A DNA stretch of 64,000 nt from Veleropilina oligotropha (lineage: Eukaryota). Below are positions 38,501 to 50,402 of this stretch, in pieces (the first letter of the stretch is position 1; each line of letters begins with the position of its first letter). Where the stretch lies: positions 1 to 64,000 of the forward strand of contig JBEUKZ010000105.1 in assembly GCA_048128005.1 (NCBI GenBank), written 5' to 3'. The position numbers were made by a program, and so were the translations under genes. The notes below the pieces were generated by a model. It ran no database searches. It was not told the origin of the DNA and saw only the letters and a list, made by a program, of their open reading frames with translations.

Positions 38501-40036
38501 GAAACTGTCATTAGTTTGCCTGGGAGTGTCTAGAGAAAGAGTAAAGTAACAATGATCACTGCATATCGACGGGCATACTTCATGTTCTTGAATTTTGCTT
38601 GGACAGTTAGTTAGGGCCAAGTCGATAAGGGTCGTGGATTGTTCGGTTATTCTTGTTGGTTTAGATATTATTTGTGTGAGATTATATGAGACTAACATTT
38701 CTTTGAATTGCGAGGACACGTCTGATAACCAATTGATATTAAAATCACCTACAATGTATGTGTCAAGTTGCAAGTTATTTATCTGTTCAAATAGTTCATT
38801 GATATCAGTAAGCCAGGTAGATAAGGTATTATTTGGAGGGCGATAAACACGACATATTATTGATGGACGTACAGACAAATAAACCTTAGCACACACATAT
38901 TCTATGTTAGTACAATTAACAAGAGTTATACGAGTGCTATTTAGGATATTTCTAATATATATTGCAACACCGCCCCCGTGTCTATTTCTATCACATCTGT
39001 ATAAAGTATATTCATTAATGATGACGTCATCGTTTTCGATAATTGGGTCCAACCAGGTTTCGGAAAGCGCTATAATGTCCGCTATGCAGTTACAAACATA
39101 CTTACGTCCTTACTCTTGCCATAATAGTCATATTATCGCCAACCGGAAACAGTGAATAAAGTCACATTATGCACTCCTTTTAAGTCAAAACACTACGATC
39201 ACCTCCCCTGCTCCACCTCTCCTAACTTCCCCCAGCGAGATCTCGCCAAGTCTCGCGAGACATCCGAGCCATCGAAGTCACAAGACCTCAATTCAAAGTT
39301 TTCCGCCGAGACGGAAAGACGTGTTTTTTGCTCCGCAAATATTTCGAATGTCCGCTGGTTTATACGTTAAATCAAGGACGCTATAAAACCTTATATTAAG
39401 ATAATATAAGTTGTGGAATATACCCTGTGTTGTGGATAACAAACACAAGTGAACATAGATCTGTGTATAACAACTTCAAGAAAAAAGTTGTGAACATCAA
39501 GTGAAACCGACATCGCCGCTGTTGCAGGGAAAAGCATGGCCGCTTAGAGGGGAAGTTTCGTGTAGTAGAAGAAATTTCTGGTCGGTATTTTTATCTGATA
39601 TTGTTTGAGACTGCAAACAGGTAACTCATTATATTGGATAATTCCTTAACGACGCTTATTGCTGGTAATTTTGTATAAAAATTCTAGCGTCGTTAATAGG
39701 CAGGATTGTTTAGATATCACTTTTAGTTATTCTGATATCCTGCCGTTGCTGGGATAATACGCCATTGTACTAACATAAAAACATCCACGAGGTTTTCAGG
39801 TGTTTTCCTGGGCGGTTTTTTCTAAGAAAGAACCCCCGTTTGTTCTAGTCAATTTGCCGGGTTTATTACCCGGCCTCGGTGTTCCCAGTTCGGGGTTATT
39901 TTGCGGTATATCGCTTGATCTTTGATCTTCAGATCAGGGCAATTTAAAGAGTTGTAGTAGTAAAAAGTCACAACTACCAAATATATACCTATTTATCTAC
40001 CCCGTCCACCCACATCCACCCTCCCGTGTATCAGCT

Positions 40037-42308
40037 ATGGTCCGGTGCAGTAACTCCGGGTGTCACCAGAAGATTCACGGGTTTGATAAGCACACGGAAT
40101 GCCGCGTTCACCGTAATTGTAGTCGTAAGTACCAATGTGAACTGTGCTTAGGTTTTTCAGAGAAGCAGTGGGCGATTCTTTTCCCTCTGGTGAAGCCGAC
40201 CAGGGCGGCTGCCACGGTGGGTCCACCCCCGGAGAAGGGTCAGGAAGAGACGAGTAAGTTAAGGGATAACGTTTCTTCTTTGTCGGCTTCAGGGATGCTG
40301 GACGACAGCCGACGTAAGGTGCCGTCTGTCGCCGGATCTACCGGCGAAACCTCCGCGACTCATGGGGGAGGCGCCGAAACCTTGCCGGGAACCCAGATTC
40401 AGGTAACAGCCCGAGTGCAGACCGTTACTCCTCCAATGGGCCTAGTAGCTGCAGCCAACCATACCTTGCCAGCTAGCAAGGTATATCTGGCAGCGCAGCG
40501 AACAGCTGAGCAGGGCAGACGATCCCCCTCCTATTCTTCGGCCTCGAAGAATCTGGGGAACGTTAGTCCTTCTGCGGGAAACTCTCCATTTAACGACGGG
40601 AGCGACCCAATGAGAAAGCCTTTAAAGAGGCCGGACACCATTTCGATGGTCTAAGATCCGGACAATTGGCGACACCTGAATCCTCGGTCGAGACCGACGC
40701 GACTACCCCGAGGGGTTTTCCGCTCAACCTCGATGCTCACGAGTCTTTCAGAGGGCCCGGTCTCTCCCGTGCACCACGATGGTCACGCTAGAGAACGAGG
40801 ACAGACCGGCTGCGTTCGGTGAGGGGTTCTACGGCGGTTTTCCGACCGTGCCTCTCGCGAACAGAGCGGTAGACTGATACGGACTGTTGCCGCAGTCCTA
40901 CCGGTCGTCCGGCCCACTGACTGCGCCTTCGGGCCAGTCGTTCGGGTTCGACCGCTCGACACGTGACCCGAGACCCTGGTTCTCGGACCACCTGTCCATG
41001 CAGCCCGTCTACCTAGCGCCACGGTATCCTCGACAGAACTACCGGCTGTTAGTTCGACGCCCGTCCTGCCTCAGGGTTTCTCTTTGGAGAACGTCCAGGC
41101 ATGGATCGCGGCGGGGTTCGAGGAACAATGTAAGGCCTGGCCGACAGCTCCCCAGCCGCGCCTGGCCGACAGCTCCCCAGCCGCACCTGGTACCTACATA
41201 TCTGCCCCTGGCGCAGAGCACGGCTCCTGCCTCCGTGATGGAGATCGACCCTCGTTCCGACGAGGACCTCGGTTCAAATCACTCCGACCTCCCTGAATCG
41301 GTCGGGCCCGAAGACGCAAGTCTTTCAGGCACGCAGGAGCCGACCTCCTCCACCCGCCGAAGGCTCGACGCCGTTGCGTCACTTCGCGGGGTGCTTGGCC
41401 TGCCGGAACCGACTCGGTCGGCCGTAGGTTCAGCCAAGCACAGGACGGCAGCACATCGGTTTGTTGAGAGGGAAGCCCCCGTGCTTCCCTCCTTACCTCA
41501 GTCTGGGCTGGTCGATCTGGTGGTCGACTTGACGACCAAGCTCATACAGGGGCGCAATCCGGTGGAGTCCTCCCCGCTGACCGAGTTCCCTTCGGGGTTC
41601 CGTAGTGGGAGGTACCTCCGGGCCAGTACGCGAGCGATCCCGTTCGCCTGTACTGGTCCGTGCCTGGCGACTGAGCCGGCTCATGTAGACGCAGCGTTGC
41701 GTCGACTGACCGCCAGTCACACTCCCTCCGTGGCGAAAGTTCCTTGGTCCGCCTTGGAAGCTTTCGAGAGCGCCGCCCGACGGGCTCTGCGGTTATCGTC
41801 CGTTCAGGATTTTTTCCTAGACGGGGCGATAGCCGTACTACAGGAGGAAGGACCCGGCGCCCGCGAGGCTGCCCTGTCCTTCCTTCAGGAGGTTGCTGCC
41901 GCACAGGAGACCAGCGCGTTGGAGACGGGATGTGTCCTGGGCAATGCACTCCTACTTCGTAGGGATGCTTGCCTGGAAAGCACCTCGGTAGACGAGGCCA
42001 CCCGGCGCTCGTTGCGATGCGTGCCTTGCTCGGCCACCACTCTTTTTGGCGACAACTTTACGGAGTTCGTCGACAAGAGAGCGGTGGACATGAAGGACCG
42101 TGCCATCGAGAAGGCGGTACTGCACCCTACCCGGGGTCCACCTGCCGACTCGAGGAAGCGCTCAGGGCCCACCCGGACCCCGATGCCTTCCAAGCGTGCG
42201 AAGCCCTCTTCGGGTGGTAGGCCTCCGGCCAATAAACCCACTCCGACGAGGCGAGCACCTCCAGCGAAACCCCGTAAGCAGAGCGGGAGAGGGAAGCCTC
42301 GGCCCTAG
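40037..42308 (+). pseudogene. DIRS gag-like ORF1 (disrupted)
   Basis: N-terminal Cys/His cluster CSNSGC..DKHTECRVH..C....CELC; stops at 40652 and about 40820; 25-bp tandem duplication 41135-41184 shifts the frame; LLRRDA motif near the C-terminus. Confidence 0.8.
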
Positions 42309-44382
42309 GGCTGCCGGCATTTGCGACGGTCCCAGCTGCCCACTTCCGCCGGTGGGAGCGTGTTTGTTAGCGTACAGCCAGTCGTGGTTAGAGCTAACAG
42401 ACAGCAGCTGGGTCCACTTAGTCGTGAGTGCCGGATACAAGTTGGCATTCAACCGGCATCCGACCCTAACCGAGGCACCACCACCAAGACACGCTCGCCT
42501 CCTAAACGGAGAGAAACAAGTGGTCTTAGACCAGGCAGTGCGGGATTTGCTCCTAAAAAGAGCGATATATCCTGCGCCGCCCAGCACACCAGGATTTTAC
42601 AGCCATTTCTTCCTGGTCCCGAAACCCGATGGCCGCTGGCGACCGATCCTCGATCTCTCGCATCTCAACCGATATCTTCGTACCGAGAAATTCCAGCAAG
42701 AAACCCTCTCGAAGATACGAGCGGCCATCCGTCCGGAAGACTGGGCAGCGTCTATCGATCTGACCGACGCGTATCTGCATGTCCCGATGCATATCACGGC
42801 TCATCAGTACCTTCGGTTTTTACACGGGGAGACGATCTACCAATTCAGGTGCCTACCGTTCGGTCTATCGTCAGCCCCGTACGTCTTCACGAGAACAGTA
42901 CAGGCCCTCGGAGCCTTCCTACACTCTCTAGGGCACAGGGTACATATGTACCTCGACGACTGGCTGATCCTCGGGGCGTCCCGGGATCTGTGCCTCCGGT
43001 CTACGAGCTTTACCCTGTCATCGACGAAGCGCCTGGGATTTCAGATCAACGAGACAAAATCCTGCTTCGTGCCCTCGACGACGTTTACGTTCCTCGGAGT
43101 CGACTTCGATACGGTCCGGTACACCGCGAAACCGACCCAGAAACGTATGCGGAACCTACGCGCGGTTATCCAAGACACCCTGTCATCGGACATAACTACA
43201 GCGCGACAACTGGCCACTGTCCTGGGGCACATCGAGTCGGTAGCGACCCTGCTACCGACGGGTCGCATGGACAAACGACCGTTACAACAGGCGCTCAGGG
43301 ATCGCTGGATACAACGGACGGGGCAGTGGACGGATCGCATCGATCTTCGGCATTGGTTTACCAACACGACAGCAGTGTGGTTGAACCCTGCTTTGCCGGA
43401 CCAGTCGGTTCCTATATCCCCGCCAGAGCCGAACGCTTACCTGTTCACAGACGCTTCGAACGACGGCTGGGGAGGTCACCTCGACAGTTACGAGACATCG
43501 GGCCTATGGCCGACGGACCTTCAGGGACGACACATCAACTTCCTAGAGTTAGAAGCCATCTACCTGTCAGTACGGTCCCTCTCGTCACATCTCCGCAACA
43601 AGCACATGATGCTCGCCACGGACAACACGACTGTCGTCGCTTACATCCAGCACCAGGGTGGCACTCGCTCGCGTCCCCTTTGCGACCGAGCAATAGACCT
43701 ACACCGCCTAGTGATGTCCCTCAACTCGACGATTCGAGCCCGACACATCCCGGGAAAGCTGAATGTCAGAGCGGACTCGCTCTCTCGGAAATCACAGATA
43801 ATACACACAGAGTGGACGCTACACAGCCGAGTAGCTCGGGACGTTTGTCGCCGGTGGTCACAACCCCTAGTCGATCTGTTTGCAACAGAATTCAATTACC
43901 GACTACCTCTGTATGTCTCCCCGTACCCGGACCCGGCTGCACTAGCGGTCGACGCACTGCCAATGACATGGGAGAATCTGTCCGCGTATGCCTTCCCCCC
44001 GTCGTGCATTCTGACACTGGTATTACAGAAGGCATCGAACGAACGTTGCGAGATTACGCTAATCGCGCCCCTGTATCGCACGCAACCTTGGTTTCCGACC
44101 CTCCTCGATCTGATCGTCGATCGACCGTTAGCGCTCCCGCAGAAACTGGACCTGTTAATGCAGCCGCGCACCCGTGTACTACATCCATCGCCGAACGACT
44201 TACGTTTACACGCCTGGCGGTTATCGAATGATCCCTTGCTAAGAAAGGATTTTCTCATGCAACAGCCCTACGCATCTACCGATCGAGAAGGCTTTCCACG
44301 ACAAAAGTTTATGACTACCGATGGGTTAAGTACGTGGATTGGTGTCACAGCCGGCAGGTCAATATTCTCCGCCCCCCTGTGA
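42100..44382 (+). CDS. DIRS RT/RNase H/adenine-methyltransferase-like ORF (open; true start uncertain)
   Basis: FYSHFFLVPK..GRWRPILDL, IDLTDAY, LPFGLSSAP, YLDD, FTDAS..GWG, HINFLELEA, TDNTT, ADSLSR, DLFA..N..LP.Y, YAFPP. Confidence 0.93.
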   Translation: MPSRRRYCTLPGVHLPTRGSAQGPPGPRCLPSVRSPLRVVGLRPINPLRRGEHLQRNPVSRAGEGSLGPRAAGICDGPSCPLPPVGACLLAYSQSWLELTDSSWVHLVVSAGYKLAFNRHPTLTEAPPPRHARLLNGEKQVVLDQAVRDLLLKRAIYPAPPSTPGFYSHFFLVPKPDGRWRPILDLSHLNRYLRTEKFQQETLSKIRAAIRPEDWAASIDLTDAYLHVPMHITAHQYLRFLHGETIYQFRCLPFGLSSAPYVFTRTVQALGAFLHSLGHRVHMYLDDWLILGASRDLCLRSTSFTLSSTKRLGFQINETKSCFVPSTTFTFLGVDFDTVRYTAKPTQKRMRNLRAVIQDTLSSDITTARQLATVLGHIESVATLLPTGRMDKRPLQQALRDRWIQRTGQWTDRIDLRHWFTNTTAVWLNPALPDQSVPISPPEPNAYLFTDASNDGWGGHLDSYETSGLWPTDLQGRHINFLELEAIYLSVRSLSSHLRNKHMMLATDNTTVVAYIQHQGGTRSRPLCDRAIDLHRLVMSLNSTIRARHIPGKLNVRADSLSRKSQIIHTEWTLHSRVARDVCRRWSQPLVDLFATEFNYRLPLYVSPYPDPAALAVDALPMTWENLSAYAFPPSCILTLVLQKASNERCEITLIAPLYRTQPWFPTLLDLIVDRPLALPQKLDLLMQPRTRVLHPSPNDLRLHAWRLSNDPLLRKDFLMQQPYASTDREGFPRQKFMTTDGLSTWIGVTAGRSIFSAPL

Positions 44383-45293
44383 ACAAGTTTATCGAGTTTT
44401 TATCGTCGCTCTTTGAACGCGGTATGTCAGTGTCCGCCGTCAAAGGCTATCGGGCAACGATCGCGACCACGTTAAAACAGTGTCGTGCCCATGTTGGCCT
44501 ATCTAGCGACCGAACGATTTCGGATTTTATACGATCCTACGAGCTCGAGATGCCGACCCGAACCATACGGCCACCTGCCTGGAATATCGTTCTCATTCTT
44601 AACGCTCTACACTTACCCCCGTACGAGCCGATGTCCACGGTGTCTATGAGGAACTTAATGCACAAAACGGTTTTTCTGATCGCCTTAGCGTCGGGCAGGC
44701 GTTGTTCCGAGATTCATAGTTTATCCACCGAGCTACGAGATATTCGATTCCAGTCAGACGGGTCGGTGATGCTGCGTCCTATTCTGGGCTTTCTCGCCAA
44801 GAATCAACGGCCGAACGAGGACGCACCTGATATTATTATCCCCAAGCTTACGCTGGTCGGAAGGCACGATGTAGACCGGTTAAACTGCCCCGTGCGGGCC
44901 CTACGCTTCTACCTCGACAGGACCCGTGATATGCGGCAGGGAAAATTACGTTTATTCATTTCGTATTTACCAACTTATACCCGCGACATTACGAAGACGA
45001 CTGTTTCGTGGTGGATTTCACAGGTAGTGAGAGATGTATACCTCCGCTGTGAAGAAGTAGACCGCACTATTTTGTCGGTCCGCGCGCACGAGGTCCGTGC
45101 AATTGCTGCGTCTATTGCCTTCCGACACAGTTTAAATATCACAGCGTTGCTTCAAGCAGGTTACTGGAAGCATGCTAATGTCTTTGTCAAGTATTATCTG
45201 CGGGATTATTCAACTGGTGCTGATGGGTTGAGCAGCTTACAGTGTGTTGCTGCTCAACGATGTATTGTTAGACCGAGGTCGTCTAATCAGTGA
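44232..45293 (+). CDS. DIRS tyrosine recombinase; same frame as upstream ORF 42321-44231
   Basis: LASGRRCSEIH, CPVRAL, RAHEVRAIAAS, AGYWKHANVFVKYY. Confidence 0.92.
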   Translation, partial: SLAKKGFSHATALRIYRSRRLSTTKVYDYRWVKYVDWCHSRQVNILRPPVNKFIEFLSSLFERGMSVSAVKGYRATIATTLKQCRAHVGLSSDRTISDFIRSYELEMPTRTIRPPAWNIVLILNALHLPPYEPMSTVSMRNLMHKTVFLIALASGRRCSEIHSLSTELRDIRFQSDGSVMLRPILGFLAKNQRPNEDAPDIIIPKLTLVGRHDVDRLNCPVRALRFYLDRTRDMRQGKLRLFISYLPTYTRDITKTTVSWWISQVVRDVYLRCEEVDRTILSVRAHEVRAIAASIAFRHSLNITALLQAGYWKHANVFVKYYLRDYSTGADGLSSLQCVAAQRCIVRPRSSNQ

Positions 45294-47310
45294 GTATTGT
45301 TCCTTGATTTACCAATTTACATAATCTGTGCCGATGGAATGCTATTGTTATGCCTAGCTATTCTATGAAATAGACATTATGAGGCGATTCAATGTATGTT
45401 CATTTCTTAAAAACATTTTAAGATTTTGATACTTTCATGTCATACCTGAGTATTTTGACAAGCCAGTTCACATTGAATTTAATAAACAATTATTTTGCAA
45501 AAACGTCTTATAGAATTTTGAGGTTCAATATTATTGATGTTCTAAGCTGGTACAAAGAACATACGATGTTCAAGACATTGAAAATTTTTTAATATTCGCT
45601 TCCTTCAAATTTATTTTAAGTAACATGTTATACTCATGTTAGCTATTCGCAAGTTGGTCATGCGAATCACTATTAATATCGATTATTTATAATCATCTAT
45701 TAATTCTTTGCTTATGATTTGATATCTTCACTACCTAGCTATTAGGTTCCGTGTGCTTACAAATCCGACTGCTTCCTCTGGCTACCGGCCTATGGCCAGG
45801 AGTACCATTTGGCTGCCACTGGCCCATGACACGTAAGACCTACAAGGATAATCCTTCCGGCCGTGCCTGGGGCTGAGTGCACTTCCGCTTCACCTCGTCC
45901 GACTAACACCACGGCGTATTCTCCCGGTAACACTGGTCGAAATTCTCGCTTGGTAAGGGTAGAATAATACTCAGTAAATTCCACTCTGGGCGGACACAAT
46001 CGACGCTTCATGCTGATTGAAATGGTGAAAAGTAAGTCATTATCTTGTTTGGGTTTGCTGTAAGGAACTTCTTACCCACCTATCCAAGGTTATTCTGGCA
46101 AGAGTAAGGACGTAAGTATGTTTGTAACTACATATGAGGTTTTTAATTAAACCTAATATTAGTTAAAACATACTTACGTCCTTACTACGATTACCCACCC
46201 TGCGTTTCGCATTCCTCCCCTCTTACTAAGTTCCTTTGGGGTTCTGAACTTTGAATTGAGGTCTTGTGACTTCGATGGCTCGGATGTCTCGCGAGACTTG
46301 GCGAGATCTCGCTGGGGGAACTTAGGAGAGGTGGAGCAGGGGAGGTGATCGTAGTGTTTTGACTTAAAAGGAGTGCATAATGTGACTTTATTCACTGTTT
46401 CCAGTTGGCGATAATATGACTATTATGGCAAGAGTAAGGACGTAAGTATGTTTTAACTAATATTAGGTTTAATTAAAAACCTCATTTTTCTATTTCAGAT
46501 ATTAAAAGATCATATTTAGGTATGAGACTTCTGACGTTCAAGTAAAATATCTTAAATTTGGGCATTTGCAGTGGTCCCGGGTTGCTTTCTATGTCACCAC
46601 AGAGTAGAAGTAGTGATAGTAGCACAGTAAATCGGGAGCAACGCAGAGCGTGGTTAATGACGTACAAGAACAGAATACGCCGATTTTTATCACCAAGCGT
46701 TCGAAGATAATTAAAGTGAAACTGTTTAGGAGTTCTCGAAAAACGAGTTATTGCAAATGTTCCTATTCTGCAGCGGTATAGTCCTATGTCAATCCCCATA
46801 GCGTAATGTATCAGTAAGATACGACAGTGTATATCTCACTATATGGGGTGTTCGTCTCGATTGTATGTTGTTAGGATGAATTTATGAGACGGGTAATTTG
46901 GGCTCAACAATTTTTTGTATAATTAATAAATAAATAAATGCAGCACGGTCTCTATACTACAATAATCACTACAATAACTTATTGAATAACAAAGTAAGTA
47001 CTTAGTCATGACCTATTAAGCTAAGTATGTATAGACGAATAATGGTTGAATCATTGTTGTATACGATTGTTGTGATTACGCTGTGCATTAATAACAGCAC
47101 AAATGACTGGACAACTTAGCTATATATTCAGTTAGGAATAATCAGATCACGTACAGAAAATCATGTAATCTTTGCATTTCTTGCAATCAAAGGCAGGGAC
47201 AACATGACATGGATTTATATATAGACGCTAAGCAGTTATTTTATGAAATTTACGAGATGACACTTAACCAAAGATAATTAGTCACGTCATTCAAGGGGTA
47301 ACTTCACGCA

Positions 47311-47551
47311 ATGATGCTTAACGTCCTGTATATTTCCAACCATCATATGGTTCAAACCAGGACATGTCCATATTATCGCTGGAGAAAAGCCCGCCCTCTC
47401 CGAACAGTTACGGACAACTGTGATTCATAACTTGAACAAATGTGTAATGTCCATGACGAGGTTTGAACCCACTACTGTTCGCGTCAGCGGAATCAAGCCA
47501 GTGACTTTTTGGAGTCCACAACCTAAACCACACGGCTGTCGAAGCGGCCTT
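47311..47551 (-). mobile_element. tRNA-derived SINE family copy
   Basis: Same family as 2685-2905, with intact head. Confidence 0.75.
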
Positions 47552-48710
47552 AGCAATGGTCAGAGATAGCTAATACCAACATATCTCGGTGTAAAAAGCC
47601 ACCTAGCTTAAGCAAACTGTTTGCTTGAAGATTTGCACAATAAGCCAACAACATGAAACATTTTAAAAAGTCTGCTGCAACGCCGAATTGTTTGCGAGAA
47701 TGTTGCAGATAATTCGCACATACCCATGAACAAAAGATGCAAGATGCAAAATTGGAATGGTGACCTAGAATACCTCTGTGGATGCCTTAAAATAGAGTTA
47801 TCGATGAACGCTACGACTGCATAACTTCAAAATTTCAGAGGTGTATACGATTTAGCGAAGTTGTTTTCTCAGATCACTGAGTCGGCGCCCAACATTTGAT
47901 ACATGGCGCGCAGAAGAAACCACTTGCTTTCTAAAAACACATACTCCGCATTGACACTGATGCATTATACGGACAAATGGACGTATACACCACCCTGTTT
48001 CGAAAGAGCGCCGTTTTAAACATCATATCTCACGTCTACACCATACTCAAGAGCTGATCAACGATGACGACATAATATAGATGACGACATAATATAGATG
48101 GCGACATAATAAGATGACCATATAACATAGAGCAATATATATTAATGGGCCAATCAGCACAAAGCTGACAGATGAGGATGCAAATAAAATATGCCATTAC
48201 CACAATTTTATTGAATCACGGATTATTTCCTGTATTCGCTCACGAAGCTAACAGAAGCATTTATGTATTTGTTCAAGCACAATTAAACACCGCACAATGA
48301 CATATCATGATTTAAAACTCACACTTGTTCAAATACGGCCATTTTACTACTAGTAACCCATAATAATAACATCATACGGCACTTTATCACGTGACACACT
48401 AACGCAAGGTAATAATATTATTGATCACGTTAACTCATTGCTTGCTACTTAACAACATTAATCACTCAAATACATCTATATAATTGAACATGCCATATCA
48501 ACATCCCTTGCACGTAATTTATTAGTTAGATGAGAGGCTGTAATTTTCAATGTTGTCGCGCAAAGAGGTGGATCGATAAAGTACAGTGAAACAAACGCCG
48601 ATAGTCAATACCCGAGGTATATCTGCACAACACACCCACGAAGTGTTCAAGCAGATTTACATCTCATTATCAATTTGCCCTTCCTTTTCTGCGGAAAGTT
48701 ATCACCACTC

Positions 48711-48947
48711 ATGAATTATCCGAACATTCTATCGAAGAGTGTGACTCTGTCTGTGTTGTTGGTCGCTTTCCGGATTATCGGTTCCACGAAGACGATCCAG
48801 TTGTTGGGTTTGTTTTCGTATGATGGAGCTACGGCGAGGATCGGCGAAGGGTGCATGGCTGCCGTCGACATGGCTATACAAGACATTCGGGACCGCTCAG
48901 ATCTCCTGCCGGGCTACGAGTTCAATCTCACGTGGAAAGACTCAAAG
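48711..48947 (+). CDS. GABA-B-receptor-like class C GPCR (ANF-receptor/Venus flytrap domain), first coding exon with probable signal peptide
   Basis: MNYPNILSKSVTLSVLLVAFRIIGS hydrophobic leader, then G.GCMAAVDMAIQDIRDRSDLLPGYEFNLTWKDSK|gtacg, matching the GABA-B N-terminal pattern (D.LP.Y.L.L...DSK/C). Confidence 0.85.
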
Positions 48948-50402
48948 GTACGTAAAACACGCGACATTTACCCGCAAATAAAAGTAGCAAACGAAATACA
49001 ACCAAACGGTTATTGTTACACACTACGGTGTGGAATTTATTTGACTTTGGTCAATATTAATAGCACTTCGATTCGTCACAATTTTATTTTGGTAAGGACA
49101 TGCCCATATTATCGCGGGTGAAAGGTCGTTCACCCCCACAAAACTCGCCCCCCACGGGGCGGATATAATTGAACAAAGGGCCAAAGCGAGGATTCGAACC
49201 CTGTCCTGTTCGTCTGAGCAGTGTAACGAATGAATAGGAAGACACGCTCCTATCCACAACAATGTCCCGAATAACGGAACAAGTAAAACTTCCATAATAA
49301 TTGTGTAAATGTACGTTTATATTGTGACAGATGAATTACATCACATCTCTTGTTTAAATACCCAAACGGTTGCGCCGATAGACTATTGTGTTATAATTGT
49401 ATGGTCAGAATAAACATTTTGCTCAGAGTTATAGATGACGTCACAGAACATGTTTCAAGTGTATTTAACGCGTTAATTGCACCTTCAAAAGTACAAAAGA
49501 TTTCTTGGTATGTATATCAGATAATACACTGACACCCATCGCTGATACACATACATACACACCATGGGATTGTTTATGTGAACAATAAGCCTCTTAGTGT
49601 TAATTGACCGATTGTTTCCAGACAATGGTTAACTCGGCTAGCTTGCCAAACTAAATTGAGTGATAATAGATTTGACAAGTTGGGTATGGAAGAGTCGACT
49701 CTCATATCATGCTCTAGAAGGCGATATGGTGGGCAATTGAATGTTTTAAGGGGTTACAGTTTGCAATTTACAATGGATTACTACGATGTTTATAACACCC
49801 CTCGTTATAAACACGTTATGGCACGTTTTAAACATATCAGCCACATTCTCACTCGGCATGTTATGTGTGTATAACGCTTGGGCTGGCATTGCATTATCTA
49901 TTACATACCATGTACATGATATACAGACAATGGACCTCTAGGACCTGTTTTTCCATTGTTCTGTAGACAATGGAATTAACTAGAGTGAGGTGAAATTGAC
50001 AAGGTGCCAAACTCACTGATAAAGCAATTAACAAGGTGCTAAACCCATGATGATGGAAGAGTCCACTTCCCATAAAGCGCCCATGAGGTGATATATGTTA
50101 GTAATTATACTTTAAGGGATACAGGTTGCAATTTACAATATATTGCCTTGGTATGTATGACATACAGCACACTGACACTCCTGTGCGATATCTGCATAAA
50201 TCCCCTCGCCTGCGTTGTGGTCATTATGCAATTTACAACATAGTACCTTGATATGCATGACAGATAATACTCTGACACCCCTAATTCACATTGCATATCT
50301 TCGCAGGTGTCAGTGTATTATCTATTATATAACGTCCCTCGCTAACGCTCGGCTCGTTATGCATGGTATCATCTCGTGTTGCAATGTATTGTCTAATACC
50401 CC

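Larger units (their letters stand above)
39084..46485 (+). mobile_element. DIRS1-like tyrosine-recombinase retrotransposon, structurally complete
   Basis: Inverted terminal repeats 39084-39300 / 46247-46485; internal complementary region 46097-46186; gag, RT/RNaseH/methyltransferase and YR ORFs; no TSD. Confidence 0.96.
35818..46800 (-). mobile_element. APE-type (CR1/L2-group) LINE with N-terminal 2A-like peptide, split by DIRS
   Basis: 46799-46486 (LLLLCGDIESNPGP, FYLNVRSL) joins 39083-36178 (ALSETWL, VGDFN, CSDHC, DFRPISLT, GVPQGS, C-terminal CSCG..E..EHFLMHC); frameshifts and a deletion in RT; AATAAA plus TAAAC-like tail near 35818-35842. Confidence 0.9.

Noticed and set aside
39152..39370. 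Paired ORFs MNKVTLCTPF (also 46174-46395 on minus)
   Set aside because: Chance translation of the DIRS inverted terminal repeats
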